DNA from: an uncultured archaeon
GTDB taxonomy: Archaea > Thermoplasmatota > Penumbrarchaeia > JASLWR01
Length of the DNA stretch: 27,136 nucleotides
Assembly: GCA_964430885.1 (NCBI GenBank)
Contig: CAYSHM010000033.1
Span: 1-27,136, forward strand
Direction of reading: 5' to 3'
Part shown: piece by piece, positions 26,648 through 27,136 of the stretch
How positions within the stretch are numbered: position 1 is the first letter of the stretch
How the letters are laid out: each line of letters starts with the position of its first letter
Notes under the pieces: generated by a model
What the model saw: the letters and a program-made list of their open reading frames with translations, nothing else
What the model was told of the DNA's origin: nothing
The model's database searches: none
Made by a program: the position numbers and the translations under genes

Positions 26648-27034
26648 GTGGTTATAATAAGCGTACCGGCAATGAATGATAAAGGAATGGAAGCTCCAGT
26701 GGGTGAACATTTCGGGAGAGTTCCCTTTTATGCAATAATCGACTCAGAATCCGAAAAAGTGGTAAGCATTGATAACAACAGCAACCACATGGGCGGAAAA
26801 CTCTATCCCCCTGAGATGCTCGCTAATGAAGGCGTTGAAGTAATGATCTGCAAGGGTTTGGGTAGAAGAGCAGTAACCATGTTCAAAGATTTTGGTATTG
26901 AGGTTTTTATCGGAGCATCAGGCAATGTTAAAAACGCCTTCAAGCTATGGAAAAAGGGAGTTCTTAATACTGCAGGACTGAATAATGCCTGCCAGCAACA
27001 TGCTTTCAAGGATCAGCACGACCACCATCATTGA
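26648..27034 (+). CDS. NifB/NifX-family (COG1433) protein with a His-rich C-terminus
   Basis: EHFGRVPFY...HMGG...P..L...GV.VMIC.GLGRRA...F...GIEV, with tail CQQHAFKDQHDHHH. GTG start after AGGTGA. Confidence 0.9.
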   Translation: MVIISVPAMNDKGMEAPVGEHFGRVPFYAIIDSESEKVVSIDNNSNHMGGKLYPPEMLANEGVEVMICKGLGRRAVTMFKDFGIEVFIGASGNVKNAFKLWKKGVLNTAGLNNACQQHAFKDQHDHHH

Positions 27035-27136
27035 CAAGGAAAACTTCCCCGGATTCTGTTTTCATTCCGATTTCATATTACCTAGGAGCCCGCCTGAGTA
27101 ATCCAATATCAAACCCCTGCTCATCCCTCCCCGCCT

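Noticed and set aside
9209-27034. Nitrogen-fixation cluster suggested by NifB/NifX domains and P-loop ATPases
   Set aside because: No nifH/D/K/E/N or radical-SAM NifB. COG1433 and COG1149 proteins are widespread in non-diazotrophs.
27060-27136. Possible 3' end of a minus-strand gene or structured RNA at the window edge
   Set aside because: Only about 20-25 codons are visible in two open frames with no diagnostic motif, so it cannot be supported.

Overview
Gene-dense prokaryotic window, most likely archaeal. This is inferred from TTTA(A/T)ATA-type TATA boxes, GGTGA/GAGGTG ribosome-binding sites, a hexulose-6-phosphate synthase-RraA fusion and Asp-rich surface proteins; a Thermoplasmatota-like host is plausible but not provable from the sequence. 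Left to right it encodes: a stand-alone WYL-like protein; HPS-RraA; an FmdB zinc-ribbon protein; a TPR protein; a lipoprotein-like serpin preceded by an AT-rich region with (TAT)12 and TTAATTGA inverted repeats; a 1302-aa IPT/TIG membrane protein whose membrane part resembles a catalytically dead site-2 (M50) protease; a first DUF134-NifB/NifX-nitroreductase block with a short flavoprotein gene remnant; a 2163-aa surface protein; a tight three-gene minus-strand operon (disulfide reductase-like flavoprotein, tandem-TrmO-UvrA fusion, YdeI/OmpD-like protein); and a second DUF5320/COG1149/NifB-NifX block whose two MinD-ferredoxin ATPases are fused. The best candidate for an undescribed system is the TrmO-TrmO-UvrA fusion, which has a degraded UvrB-binding region, together with its operon. 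No rRNA, tRNA, CRISPR array or mobile element was recognised. All family assignments come from motif recognition by eye, not from database searches.
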